Below, in pieces: positions 1-13,479 of a DNA stretch of 64,000 bases. The position numbers were made by a program, and so were the translations under genes. Numbering within the stretch: the stretch's first letter is position 1; each line of letters begins with the position of its first letter. Location of the stretch: the NCBI RefSeq assembly GCF_006345805.1, contig NC_043003.1, forward strand, positions 78,554,001-78,618,000, in the 5' to 3' direction. The notes under the pieces were generated by a model. It saw only the letters and a program-made list of their open reading frames with translations, ran no database searches and was not told where the DNA came from. Source of the stretch: Octopus sinensis. Lineage: Eukaryota.

Positions 1-17
1 ACATGCACACACACACA

Positions 18-91
<74 letters not shown>

Positions 92-425
92 GCATGCATA
101 TACGCACATACACTCATATACGCACGCACACACTCGCTCATGTCGTCACTTTCCAAAAGCGCGCACATTTTTTTATAATTTATATGTTGCCATGTATGTA
201 GAGCCGAAAGGTATATCCAGATACATCATGAATACATGCCCAAACACAAACCAGCATACATATACACCTCCTTCCATACACACACACATATACGCAAATA
301 TATATAGATATATATATATATATGTATGTATGTATGTACGAATGGATATATGTATGTATGTATATGTGTATGTATATGTGTATGTGTGTAGGAATGTATA
401 TATGTATGTATGTATGTGTGTACGA

Positions 426-493
<68 letters not shown>

Positions 494-495
494 AT

Positions 496-585
<90 letters not shown>

Positions 586-610
586 TATACAGATGCACAT
601 ATACATATGC
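1..610. repeat. Compound microsatellite (CA)n/(TA)n/(TATG)n
   Basis: Directly visible. Similar tracts at 826-908, 1000-1163, 2085-2250, 3600-3700, 4198-4300, 14837-15408, 17069-17267, 18815-18880, 19972-20167, 20906-21130, 21741-21779, 22000-22400. Confidence 0.98.
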
Positions 611-859
611 TGCTCAGCAATACAACCCGACACACGGACACACGTATACATAAAATTCTGCAGAAAAAAAGCGAAAGAGGAAGAGAACTCTATATTCAGT
701 GTGTATATTTATATACCATCTAGGCGTCGACGTGCAGCTGTTTTTTTAAGCTAAACATCAAACGCACCAATCTAACCAGTCTCTGAGGGCCTACGAAGGT
801 CATCGGCGCACGAAACGATTAAACACACAGAGACACACACACAGGCACACACACACACA

Positions 860-891
<32 letters not shown>

Positions 892-1165
892 TACACACAC
901 ACACACACTAAGTAAAATGGGGAACTTAAGAGTGTTACTGATGACATTGAAAATAAGGAGAAATTCTATTGAGTCACAAGCGAATAGTTACACAACGCAG
1001 ATATATACATATATACATACATACATACAAACATACATACGTACGTACGTACGTACATACATACGTACATACATACATACATACATACATACATACATAC
1101 ATACATACATACATACATACATGCATACATACATGCATACATACATGCATACACATATGTATATA

Positions 1166-2003
1166 CGAGGTCTGAACAATAAGTATCCGGACTGTTGCTA
1201 TAGTAACAAAGCTAAAGCACGCAGAGTGAAGCCGCTTGGTAAAAATTGACTTTGAACTCTGCTGTGCATGCGCACTAAGTTTTAACGTTCTAACACACTT
1301 CTGCTGTTTGCAGCAGGGCTTGGTAGAAAGGTGTGTAGCATGTGATCGTTGCATTGACTATAAGAGAGAAAGTTGTTATGACGATACCAGCTCAGAGCCC
1401 TACACAAAGTTGCAGAAAGCGTATGAGCCGCATAGAAGTGTACGAGTGTTTCAGACGTTTCGAAGATAGCCGAAAAAACGTCGATATTGAGGAACGTTCT
1501 GGGAGACCCGCACCCAACAGAACTGAGAAAAATATCGCAAATGTACGTACAAGTGTGAGGGAAAATCGCCGAATCACTATCCGTGAGCTATCAGAGGATG
1601 TGCAGATTAGTTACGGTTCAGTTCAGTCCATTATCACTGAAGATATGTGTATGAGGCGCGTGTCTGCTAAGTTTGTGCCAAAACTGCTTTCAGATGACCA
1701 AGAAGACGCTCAGGTTTCAGTTGCTGAAGATTTACTTGATTGTGTCGAGATCTATGAAAAATCTTTGAAAACTTTGCATAAGCCGCTGAGTAGGTATCGC
1801 CAAGCTTTTGGCAACATTTGAAGCAAATTCTCTGCTCAACTTTCCCTACAATGGTCAACGTTACGATCACACGCTAAACAGCGGAAATAAGCTAGAAGGT
1901 TAAAACTTAGTGCGCATACACAGCAGAGTCCAAGCGGCTTCACTCTGCGTGTTACAGCTTCGGTACTATGGCAACAGTCCGGATACATATTGATCAAACC
2001 ACG
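1166..2003 (+). mobile_element. Defective mariner element built from two inward-facing 5' ends
   Basis: TA-flanked inverted termini CGAGGTCTGAACAATAAGTATCCGGACTGTTGC / reverse complement at 1971-2003. Plus-strand transposase HTH and linker (ERSGRP...RRITIRELSE...SAKFVPKLL). Minus-strand N-terminal fragment (EQRICFKCCQKLG) at about 1760-1870. No DDD catalytic domain. Confidence 0.88.
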
Positions 2004-2081
2004 TATATAATTTCAGGTGTATTATGTTAGGAACGTTGTAGAGTACAAAATAGTGCTCGTTCGCCCTTAGAATTACCAAAT

Positions 2082-2209
<128 letters not shown>

Positions 2210-2252
2210 CTATATGTATATGTATATTTGCATGCATGTATCTATGTATGTA

Positions 2253-3491
2253 CATAGACATGACAGAAGTAAACAGACAACCCTATAATCATTAAAATTT
2301 ATTTAAATTTGAAATTATACATACAAATTATTTATTAATTGTTATAATGTGAATACTTAATATTCGGTAGACATGCCCTTTGCATTTTCCAATGCAAGGA
2401 CCCTTTTAGGCATGTTACTGATCAGATGCCGAATATTCTCTTGCGGAATTTCTTGCCAAGTTTCATGCAGTAATCTCAAAAGATCTGGCTTTGAATATGC
2501 TTTCTTGTTATTTTTATGAAGTGTCCTGTCCATTATGTTCCAGAGATGTTCAATAGGGTTTATATCTGGTGACTGGCTTGGCCATGGAAGCTTTTTAATG
2601 CCATTCTCATCCAACAAATCTTGGGTCATTTTAACCGTGTGTCAAGGAGCCCCATCTTCCATAAAGAGTCTTCTTTAATCATTTCACCACCGGAGAAGAT
2701 TGTAAGGAGTCCTTTCTGCAATATGGACACATATTTATCTGAGTTTATGTTTCCCTTACTCGCCACCAGCTCTGATCAACCATTGCTCCAAATTGCTCTC
2801 CAGACCATCACAGAATAGCTGCCCTGTTTCATTGTTGGCTGCAATCGTTTCACATCAAATTCTTGATGGCAGAGTCTCCAGGCCGACACTCGACCACTGC
2901 CAGGAAATACAGCAAATCTGGACTCATCAGAGAATATGACAGTGCCCCAAATGCTAGTGGCCTCTCCATCATCTCACTGGCCCAATCTTTTCTCCGCTTG
3001 ATGTTAGTTGGTTGAAGAAGTGGCTTCCTTCTTTCTGTTTCGCCATAGTAACCTAGTTTGTGGAGATACCTGACAGCTGTTCTGAAACTGACATCAACTT
3101 GTACTACAATGTCAGAAGCCTTGCAACGGGGATTATCCTCCACACTTCTCTTAGCAAAGAGAAGGGTCCTGTCAGAAGACCCTGTTTGATCTGGGTGAGG
3201 TGATGTGGACTCCTTCTCCTCTCAGGGGAATTGCACAATCACTTTATTAACTATAGAAAGTGGGATCCCAAGGTTTTCTGCGATTGTACGCTATGTTTAC
3301 CTTCAGAATGACCCACAATACGGTCGCTTTGAAATTCAGACAGTTCCAAGGCTTCTTTTGTACATGGTATGATTAAACGTCACATATAGAACCTTAAGCA
3401 TAAAAATGTCAATTAATAAAAAATATAAACCTTTATAAGTTAGAATAAATATAAAACGATGTTTTATGGGGTGTCTATTTACATGTCTGTG
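2253..3491 (-). mobile_element. Decayed Tc1-like (DD34E) transposon, transposase pseudogene at about 2357-3370
   Basis: Motifs LELSEFQSDRIVG, RRKPLL...KRRKDWA and WPSQSPDINPIEHLW in shifting frames; degenerate TA-flanked TIRs CAYAGACATG...TAAAYAGACA. Confidence 0.88.
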
Positions 3492-5070
3492 TATGTACGT
3501 CACTATTCAGTTTATTTCAAGATTTCTTGAAAGAAACGGTTTCTAATCTAGAATCAAGATTCCTTCAGTGGAATTTCAACATTAACAACAGGGTATTTTT
3601 GTATGTATGTATGTATGTATGTATGTATGTATGTATGTATGTATGTATGTATGTATGTATGTATGTATGTATGTATGTATGTATGATGTATGTATGTATG
3701 TTTGCATGCAGGTAATAGTTTCATATTAAGTGAATATATTGCACAGCTCAAACGGTTACCTACAACTATCCTCTCGTCAGGTGAAGAGTAGTTGCTAGCG
3801 AATCGTTTTGAAATTTGAGACGAAGAGCTTCGATTGTTAGGAATGTGGAGGGATGTGCCGTTTTCCTTTTTGAGAATTGTGTAAGTAGTTACGTCGTTGA
3901 TGTACAATGAAATTACCTGACTGTTTATCCCAGTGTTTCCTAACTTATTTTTCCCCAGGACCCCACTATAACTTTCCAGAAAAATGTATGCCCCACCGGT
4001 GGATGGAAAAAAGTATAGGCTCAGCAAGGAGACCTAGGATTAGCCAAAAAGCAAGATGGATGGATAATATCCATATCTTTGTTGGTTACGTTCTGGAATC
4101 CAACCGGAAAATCTAATGACATTTGTTTCTGATAGGACTCTATGGAAGAGGTACCTGAGGACTCTACTCGCACGACCCTCCCAAAAACGGTAGACGAAGA
4201 TGGATGGATGAATGGATGGATGAATGGATGGATGGATGGATGATGGATGAATGAATGAATGGATGGATGGATGGATGGATGGATGGATGGATGGATAGAT
4301 GGAGTATTAAAAAATGTGGAGAAACCATTATTAAAAGATAAGATTTGCGGAAGACTGAGTCTTCAATGACGCTTATACCATATTGTAAGTATAATATAAA
4401 CAAAATACTGCGTGTAATTGAAAGGTATCAATTGTCTCAGCTAGATAGAAAGGTAGGCGGAGAAAGTTACTTTTGTCGTTATTGTTATTTAACCCTAGGT
4501 CAACCGTAGATCAATGTTTATGATCAAAGATATTCCAGCTAGGTCCTAACTGTATAGAAACAAAACTACATTATCCAGTGTATCCTCCATTAGAAAATAT
4601 ATTAGAGAAAGATATAATGGAGATTTGGGCTGCTATTTCTAGTAAGCCAAGCAACTGTGTTGAGGCTACTTCATTGACTCAGAGAAGAGTAAAGGTCAAA
4701 GCAAAATTAGATATCGAAACCACAAATTCAAAGATGAGCAGTGGTAGGTGTTATTACTATTATACAGCGTTGGTGCAGAGAAAATCCAACAAATCGATAA
4801 AAACCTGTGACCTCCACCCTACAGCAAAAAGTGGAAAGCTCTTGTCTCGCCTAGGTAATGTTGATGTATGTTATTGTTGCGATGGTGTAGCCCCACATCA
4901 ACTTCGATTGAACCTTCCAGGCGTGACTCAAGAACATGTTGCTTTTGCCTAGCTTAGAGGCTTAATGCATACTCCGACTTGAAATGGTTGCTCTTAAGGG
5001 GAATAGTGTGAAACAGTCTAGACATGTATTCTGAGAGGTAACATTTATCTCCACCAAAGTAACGAGTTGT

Positions 5071-5330
5071 GGAGACGCGTGGCTTAGTGGTTAGGGTGTC
5101 AGCATCATGATCGTAAGATTGTGGTTTCGATTCCTGGACCGGGCGACGCGTTGTGTTCTTGAGCAAAACACTTCATTTCACGTTGCTCCAGTCCACTCAG
5201 CTGGCAAAAATGAGTAACGCTACGATGGACTGGCGTCCCGTCCTGCTGGGGAACACATACGCCATAGAAACCGGAAAACCGGGCCCATGAGCCTGGCTAG
5301 GCTTTAAAAGGGCGCATTTATTATTTTTAA
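5071..5330 (+). mobile_element. tRNA-derived SINE (family D)
   Basis: A box TGGCTTAGTGG and B-box-like GGTTTCGATTCC, followed by a non-tRNA body and a T/A-rich tail. Confidence 0.75.
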
Positions 5331-8119
5331 GGTAACGAGCGGACAGAATCGTTAGTACGCCAAGCGAGATGCTTAGCATCACTTCGTCCGTTTTCACGTT
5401 CTGAGTTCAAATTCCACCGAAGTCGACTTTTCCTTTCAACATTTCGCGGTCGATAAAATAACTGGAGTCGTGTAATTGACTTACGCTCTCCCCTGAAGTT
5501 GCTGGCCTTGTGTCAAAATTTGAAATCAATATTTATTTCCACTTAAATGTGGCTGTTTTGTTAGAACAAATTATACTGCGGAAACTCTCATGTTGTATTC
5601 TCTCCTCTACCCTGTCTGTTTATGTGCATTTGTTGTTGAAGTTGCTATTTAACCCCGAGAGATCACTGACCCAGCGACTTAATATCACAGGTGCTTCAGC
5701 CTGGTTATCCTGTCTTTTCTATTTTGTATCAAATCTAGGGAGTTTTGAGCTAAATCACTCAATGTACCTATGTAAAAAGGCCAATAAGAACTAATTTAAG
5801 GATGGTTTACCTGCTATTTTTCGCATGTCAAGCAACCATATAATGGTTCCTTCATATACTCGTTTGTAAGCCTGTACTTTCTGGTCGTAGGTGAAGCGGA
5901 GTCGGGAAATTTGGCTTCCATCAAAGTGTAACAGTTGCTGTTTATATGCACATGTTTGAAATAGAGTCGAAGGTTTATTCTGAAATCGTCAATCTTGCAG
6001 GTAAATGTATTTTGGTTGTGGGTGTTGGATTTATTATTATCACCTTGAAATATCTTGTGTTATCTTCTTTAGTGTTGTGTGACCGGCTCTTCTTAGTAAT
6101 ACCACGAAGTGGGGAAAGGTGGTGTGGGTGAGGTATAGGAATCTGTAAAATAAAGGAGGAGGTGGAAAAAGAGGAGGCGATGGATTGCTAAAAAAAGAAA
6201 TATTCGTAATATCTGATACACCCTGAGATTTGATTTTATCTAAAATATTCCAGACTTAAGGAGTTTCAAATTTCAAAAATGTTTCAAAATTTTCTTTTTA
6301 GATGTTTTAATATAGACATATCAATTTGATAAGTGACTCAGTTGAAATGTAGAATAGACGTAATTCTAATTAGAACGGTTTACATAGAGAAACATATAGC
6401 CTTTAGATAATTTTAAGAGAAATTTACCATTAATTTAGGTACGAGACATAAGGATAAATGTAATTCTTTTTTTTTTTCACTGTAAAAAGAAAAATGTATG
6501 TGATCTCGTTACATTCAGTTAATTATCATTAATATAACATGTTCCATATCTTTTCTCATTAATTTATTACAAGAGCGATGTTCAACAACTGGATATGTTT
6601 TATTAATTGCCTCATATACTTAAATGCGGTTTAATGAAATAAATTAAATTGTCTGTTATAAAGTGAGGGCAGCAACCTCTGCGGAAACGGTGAATCATGA
6701 GATTAAAGAACTTGGGATATTTACTATTGTCCCTTTATATCTTCAGTTCAAATCTGGAATTCATTGCAGTAGCCTTACCAAATATTCATTAACTATTCAA
6801 AGTGTCGTGCATTTTGAGTTAAAGACCCGGTGTGGTAAATTTCGCCTTTCATTCTTTCGGGATCGATTAATAAAGTATCAGTCCCGTACAAGAGTCGATT
6901 TTTCTTTTTCTTTGGATTGTACATGTTCTTTAAAGTCTTGTTACGTCGTTCATACAGAGTAAAGATGTTCGAGGAATCCTCAGCCACTAATACGCTAATC
7001 TTACGAGTAGGAAGAGTACAGGGTGATAGAATCATTAGCTTGCCGGTCAAAATGCTTAGTCACATTTCTTACGGCTTTACATTTTTAGTTCAAATTCCGT
7101 CGAGTTTGGCTTTGCCTTTCATCCTTTCAGGGTCAATAAAATAAGTACCTGTTGAGCACAAAATCGATGTAATTAACTAGCCCCAGCTCTTAAAATTTCA
7201 GGTTTTGTGCTTAAACAGAAAGAAAACTTTTATGAGTAGGAATTCAGTCGCGCGAACAAATGAATGATCATCGCCGAGTTCGATGGAGTGACAGTCGATA
7301 AAGTCAACTTTTTCTTTCATCTCTCCAGGTTCGATAAAATAAATACTAAAAAGTAAGATGCTTGTTGAATCAACGATACTCTTTGTTTCTTGCTAACCCT
7401 TTAAGTATTCAGTGATTTGCCGAAATTATGCCAAGAGACGGATGTCGTTTATAAGCGATGCTGGTTGTTTTACCATTTTTAGAAGGGATAAAATTCCATT
7501 TTTAACTTCAGTATTTCCTGGCAAAAAAGTCGTCACTTTCTTGCCAAATCTTGCTTGATTTCACAAGGGATTTTTGGGTCTGTAAAGTGTATAAGTCAAC
7601 CTATCTTTTTTGGCTGTAAATTTTAGCCTGAAAAATTCGACTGGTATGTTGGAAAATAAGGTATTAATTTTCATTATATTTTTGCAGCCAGAATAACATA
7701 CCAAATAGATTAATTAGTGTAGCTAATGGTTAATTAGTCAGGATGACATGCCCACACATTAATTAATGTCGCTAAAGGGTTGTTAGCCAGACTGAGATAT
7801 ATGCTCAAACATTTATTACGAGTAGTGTGTCTAAAGAGTTAAACTTGCATTTCTATATTTAAAAATCATTCGTCATAATTAACTTTATAATTATTATTAT
7901 TTGTTTTTCTTCTCTCTCGACTTGCAACCATTATTTACAAATTATTTGGCAGACCCACAAATTTCTTTGATACTCCATCAAATGAAATAACAATAGCAAA
8001 ATCACAAAAAGAAACAAAGAACTAACAGAAAATAAGCAGGAACAACAAATAAAACAATTTTTTTTTTTTTTAGATAATTCTTTTGGATGCTATCTTTATT
8101 TTTTTAATCATTATTTTAC

Positions 8120-10205
8120 AACGAGTAGCTGTAACAGTCCCGCCTCGTTTTGCTTGTGGCGGCAACAGTACCACTTCAAGTATATGAGAAGTACTGAAAG
8201 ATGGATTTTACTCGAAAGTGTAGAGAATTGGTAATTGGTCTATCCTGAAAAAGAAACCTTGTCTCTGGGATGCAGTCTTAGCTATGTTATATAAGAATAG
8301 TCACCCAACAACGGTAACCGGAGATTGTAAGGTTTAATATTTGAAATGACTTTGAGGATTTTAGCTGCATGCTGTTTCCACTCTAGAGATAGTGAGGTGC
8401 TATATTGTTTCTTTGATATTATATGAATTTGTGCTTTTGTACTGTTGGGGATGAACTTATATCTCCAATGAGGAATGTTTTCGAGATGTACGTTTATGGA
8501 AGTCGCGCAGGTTTGACGTGAAGTATCTTGGTGACATGTGGATTACGTCTGTATACGGAGGAGGAGGGGGATAGGCACAAGCATTATTGAAGGTGACGGT
8601 AAGTAGATCGTTAATTAGCACGCCGGGCGAAATGCTTTGTGGTATTTCGTCTGCTGCTACGTTCTGAGTTCAAATTCCGCCGAGGTCGATTTTGCCTTTC
8701 ATCCTTTCGGGGTCGATTAAATAAGTACCAGTTACGCACTGGGGTCGATGTAATCGACTTAATCCGTTTGTCTGCCCTTGTTTGTCCCCTCTGTGTGTAG
8801 CCCCTTGTGGGCAGTAATAAAACAGGTAAGTATATCGTTAATATTTCGTCTGCCGCTGCGTTCTGAGTTCAAATTCCGCCGAGGTCGACTTTGCCTTTCA
8901 TCCTTTCGGGGTCGATTAAATAAGTACCAGTTACGCATTGAGGTCGATATAATCGACTTAATTCGTTTGTCTGTCCTTCTTTGTCCCCTCTGTGTGTAGC
9001 CCCTTGTGGACAGTAATAAAACAAGTACGTATATCGTTAATATTTCGTCTCCCTTTACGTTCTGAGTTCAAATTCCGCCGAGGTCGACTTTACCTTTCAT
9101 CCTTTCAGGGTCGATTAAATAAGTGCCAGTTACGCACTGGGGTCGATATAATCGACTTAATCCGTTTGTCTGTCCTTGTTTTGTCCCCTCTGTGTGAGCA
9201 GTAAAGAAATAGGCAAGTAGATCGTTAATACATAGGAAGGAAGGAGCTGATGAGATGTAGCCTAACGTTTATAGAAGGAGGGTTAAAAAGAGAGAGAGAG
9301 AGAGAAAGTCAGGACGAGGTGAGAGAAAAGGAAGGCCCTTAGGCAATTTAGTTACGAATTTCTCACAAATGAAAGCTTGGCTAATTAACATCAAGCAACA
9401 ACATTGCTTTCGTCGAATTTCTGAAGGTCGTGGGATCATTGAGTAACGGAAAATTTAAGAATAGATCTCAGAAGATAGAGCTTCACGGAAGCTGAAGTGG
9501 TGATTGCTGGTGAAGGAGAAAGTGATTGAAGGTGTTGAAAAACTGATTAGTAGCAACATTTCTCCGCTAACTTTTGAACTGTTGTAAGTGAAAACAGTAG
9601 GTCAATAGTGAATCATATCAGAAAGGTGATCCTTCTTGGGAATGGGACGTACTGTTACATGTTTCCAAAGATGCGATTATACCTCTGTAATGATACAAAA
9701 ATTGACGTAATTAGCAAAGACAGGAACTTATTCTAGAGCCCGCCTTTTGAGGGTAATGGAAGGAGCATTGCCAGAGTCTGTAGCATTATTATTTTGAAGC
9801 AACTTGAAGTGTTTCTGCATTTGGTCTGTATGTGTAGATAGAGGTGAAACGTGTACGAAGAAGAAAGCTTTTGTGAAGTTAAGTGCATAGCAGGCAACTT
9901 AAATACAAACTTTCCCTGCAGAAGTACTACCTATAGATTCCATAAAGCTGGTAATCTCCAGGCAAGGGCTCAGAATGACAAATACAATTGGATATAATGG
10001 AAGTCTTGCGGACTGTGTGATGCCTGAAGGCATCTTTAGCTGAATGGATAGTAATGTTCTATGAGTTGAGGAGATGGCAATCTACAATACACACGATCAA
10101 CAATACATAAGGCAAACCCACATAACTCTATCGTTGATGGAGGCAAGTGAATATCAGTGCCATTGAGTTTTGGCTGGATATTCTGGTATGAGATGATGAG
10201 TAGCG
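8120..10205 (-). mobile_element. Highly decayed LINE reverse-transcriptase remnant (Jockey/L2/CR1 group), interrupted by SINEs
   Basis: Minus-strand VRPIPKKDHLSDMIHY*P near 9600-9655 resembles the PIPKKGD...NYRPI motif; many stops; boundaries uncertain. Confidence 0.5.
8616..9212 (+). mobile_element. Three tandem copies of tRNA-derived SINE family A
   Basis: Repeated GTTCTGAGTTCAAATTCCGCCGAGGTCGACTTTGCCTTTCATCCTTTCGGGGTCGAT core; flanked by AAGTAGATCGTTAAT duplication. Confidence 0.92.
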
Positions 10206-10210
10206 TCTAA

Positions 10211-10555
10211 CATCGACCCCAGTGCTACATAACTGGTACTTAATTTATCGACCCCGAAAGGATGAAAGGCAAAGTCGACCTCGGCGGAATTTGAACTCAG
10301 AACGTAGCGGCAGACGAAATACCTATTTCTTTACTACCCACAAGGGGCTAAACACAGAGAGGACAAACAAGGACAGACAAACGGATTAAGTCGATTACAT
10401 CGACCCCAATACGTAACTGCTACTTAATTTATCGACCCCGAAAGGATGAAAGGCAAAGTCGACCTCGGCGGAATTTGAACTCAGAACGCAGCGGCGGACG
10501 AAATACCACATAGCATTTCGCACGGCGTGCTAACGTTTCTGCCAGCTCGCCGCCT
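10211..10555 (-). mobile_element. SINE family A, tandem dimer
   Basis: Reverse complement of the family A core twice; head GGCGGCGAGCTGGCAGAAACGTTAGCA at the right end. Confidence 0.9.
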
Positions 10556-11110
10556 AAAGAGAGAAATTATTCTATGAAGTACAGTACACCGACCAGCATA
10601 TTTTGCTTCTGAACCTGCCTCCACGTATTAACAATAAATATACAAATTACTGTTGATTTATTTCATTGTTCGCAAATGAGATTAAATGGGGAAAGGAAGG
10701 GAAGAGTAAACTAAGACACGTGAGTTTCCATTGTATTTATCCCTGTAAACAACCCAGCTAGATATCAGTGATCACTCGAAATTCTTTGTTCACGTTGTCA
10801 ACAGTAACGAAGGGGTGAGAAAAGACGATACGGAATTATAGGCTGACTGTTACTGCAGCTTCTCCCAGAAGTTACAGGATGTTATCCAGAAAACGGAAAC
10901 CTAGTTTGGTTACGTGCAACAAAGTTAACTCTACTAAAGATACCCAAGAACCAGATGAATGTTAAATCAGACTGTGTATTGTGTCTACTCCAGTGGTTCT
11001 GAAGCTGGGTTCACATGACCCTTAGGGGTCTATATAAAATTTAGTTGTTAAAATGTATGTGCAATAATTCGGTTATACTCTTACAATACTCAAAATATCT
11101 TAATAGTTTT

Positions 11111-12279
11111 GGATCTTTTCATTTCCAAGGCCTGTTTTTTCAGATTTTTCCTACTTAACCAAACAATTTGAAACTTCGTATACTGGTAGAATGTGTCGAA
11201 AGAAAACATAATTGTAAACCAGAATGAAAACGGAATTGTAATTTCAAAGTTTAACGTTGTTTAAAAATTAGAATTTTAACCAATGGTATTCGGTCTTTCG
11301 GCTTCATATTATTTACTCCGTCTCAATAGACGTAAACGGCTATTTTGCTGACGTATTTAACATACGTGAAATGTAAACACCCGGTTACCGCATTCCTTCA
11401 GTTTCTATTCACATTTTTTTTATATATTATTAACTAACTTATATATTAAACTTATATATTATATAACTAACTTAGTTTTTGTAAATTTTCGTATATTTTT
11501 TGTGATTTTTATTCTTTACTTTATTCGTGTAACTTTTATTTCTGTAACTTTTTATCTTTGGCAAGCTTTCGTATGTGTGTGTATGTATGTGTGTGTGTGT
11601 ATGTATGTATGGCCGATTCAGTGTTTACATTATTTCGAGTTAAAACGAAAGATTACCTTTGCTATGTAGAAAATAATGAGGTTGACTCAATGGAATAATG
11701 ACAGTGATCGAAGATATAAACAAAATTTTTTTTGGTAATCTTTCGTTTTAACTCGAAATAATGTAAACACTGAATCGGCTATACATACATACACACACAC
11801 ACATACATACACACACATACACACACAAACATACATAGATACATACACACACACACATACATGCATACATACATATACACATACACCGAGTAAAAAAATT
11901 CAGTTATCTCTCTCTTTCACACATTACTCTCTCTCTGTCTCTTCACACACACTAACAGAAGTACTTCACTTACACAACATACTTTCTGTCTCCCACACCC
12001 CATCAAACACACACACACGCACACAAAACACAGACCTACGCACAGCTGTCTACGTCACACTAAGATAATGCAGTTAATTATTTCAAATGAAAACAAACAA
12101 TACGATTGGTTAAAATTCGCAGATTTAATCTACCCTTAAAGTTATAAAATACATTTTTCTCAAATAAACAAGTTGAAACTAGTGTTTTCTTTTGAGACAC
12201 TCTACCTGTATACGAAGTTTCAAATTATTTAGTTAACTAGAAAAATCTGACAAAACAGGCCTTGGAAATGAAAAGATCC
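11111..12279. mobile_element. Non-autonomous TIR DNA transposon with ~100-bp TIRs, GG termini and 8-bp TSD
   Basis: GGATCTTTTCATTTCCAAGGCCTGTTTT... and its reverse complement at the right end; ATAGTTTT duplicated at 11103-11110 and 12280-12287. Confidence 0.85.
11571..11820. repeat. Near-perfect inverted repeat, 87-bp arms with 76-bp spacer
   Basis: 11571-11657 is the reverse complement of 11734-11820 with one mismatch. Confidence 0.93.
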
Positions 12280-12774
12280 ATAGTTTTTTGTACAATTCCC
12301 AATGATATTTAATTATAAAAATATAATAGGTTTCTTGAAAACTTTAAATGGCTATTGAGGTCAAGTAGAGTAAAATAGGAATGAAAGGGATCCGCGAGCA
12401 AAAAATGGTCGAGTTCACCTTGTCTAAAAAGAACAATAGTATTTTAGCGTAGCATCAGAGACCAGAGAGGTTGTCTTGCTAGACTTTTCTGACCTTTGAT
12501 TCTAAGCAACCTTACAGTATAAAAAAATTACTCGTTGAAAATTCATTCTTTTCTCGACTAATTTACGCAGCAATAGGTGTAGTGAAACTGAACTGTTGAT
12601 GGTGCCGACAGTTTTAGGTACTCTTTGGGGTGACACACTTGCCAGTTTTAGGGTCTCACAGTAGGACTTGAACATAATATTGCCGTATTATGAAACAATA
12701 TTGGAATGGTGCTGGTAGTGGTAGTGGTAGTGGTAGTGTTGGAAGTGGTGGTCGTATTGGTGGATGTGATAATG

Positions 12775-13152
12775 AAAGACTGTTTCCTAACCACATAGTT
12801 TTGTGTTCAGTCCTAGTGCGTGGCACCTTGAGCCAGTGTCTTCTACTATAGCTGTGACCAAAGCCTTCTAAATGGATTTGGTAGACGGAAACTGAAAGAA
12901 GCCCATCGTATACATATGTGTGTACGTCTTTATGCCAATGCTTGTCTTCCACCAACGCTTGACGACCGGTGTGCGTGTATTTACATCCTCGTAACTTAAT
13001 ACTTCGATAAAAGAGACCAATAGAATAACTTCCAGGCTTCAAACAAAACAAAAGAAAAAAGTACTAGGGTCGATTCTTTCGACTAAAATTCTTCAAGATA
13101 GTGCCCCAGCATGGCCGCAGTTTGATGACTAAAACGAGTAAAAGATAAAAGA
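12775..13152 (+). mobile_element. SINE family B (tRNA head, CORE-like segment, internal microsatellite), 5'-degenerate
   Basis: GGCACCTTGAGCCAGTGTCTTCTACTATAG...GGATTTGGTAGACGGAAACTGAAAGAAGCCC...CCAGCATGGCCGCAG matches other copies in the window. Confidence 0.8.
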
Positions 13153-13479
13153 TCTTATAGCACTCACGCTACCAAAATTAATGAGATGTTTCTATGGTAC
13201 TTATTTAAAGGTAAGTTGACTGTAGATTAAAAATAATTCTTGGTATCCACGTTTTTCATTTTTTTTTCATTAGTTTTAGTCAGTGTACCAAAGTGATCAA
13301 CAAGAATTTTCAAAACTCATTGTAGTGACAGAGTAATCTTAGTACAATACATACAAGCTTCACACACACACACGGATACAAGGTGCCGCGCTGCGGGATC
13401 ATAATAGAAATCAAGTGATTATGACGCAAATATCTTAACCAGACGATTATAGGTGTGCTTCTACTTACTACGGTGGTTT

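Larger units (their letters stand above)
10991..12421. mobile_element. hAT/Charlie-like MITE split by a nested insertion
   Basis: Starts CAGTGGTTCT; degenerate right end GAGTTCACCTT; both flanks begin GTCTA. Confidence 0.5.

Noticed and set aside
938-958. CTGATGA...GAAA hammerhead-like word
   Set aside because: No stem II, stem III, cleavage triplet or stem I pairing.
3-1354. Many overlapping ORFs rich in YI/HT/MYVC repeats (also near 14.7-15.4, 17.0-17.5, 19.9-21.2, 22.1-22.5 and 23.3-24.9 kb)
   Set aside because: Translations of stop-free microsatellites, not genes.
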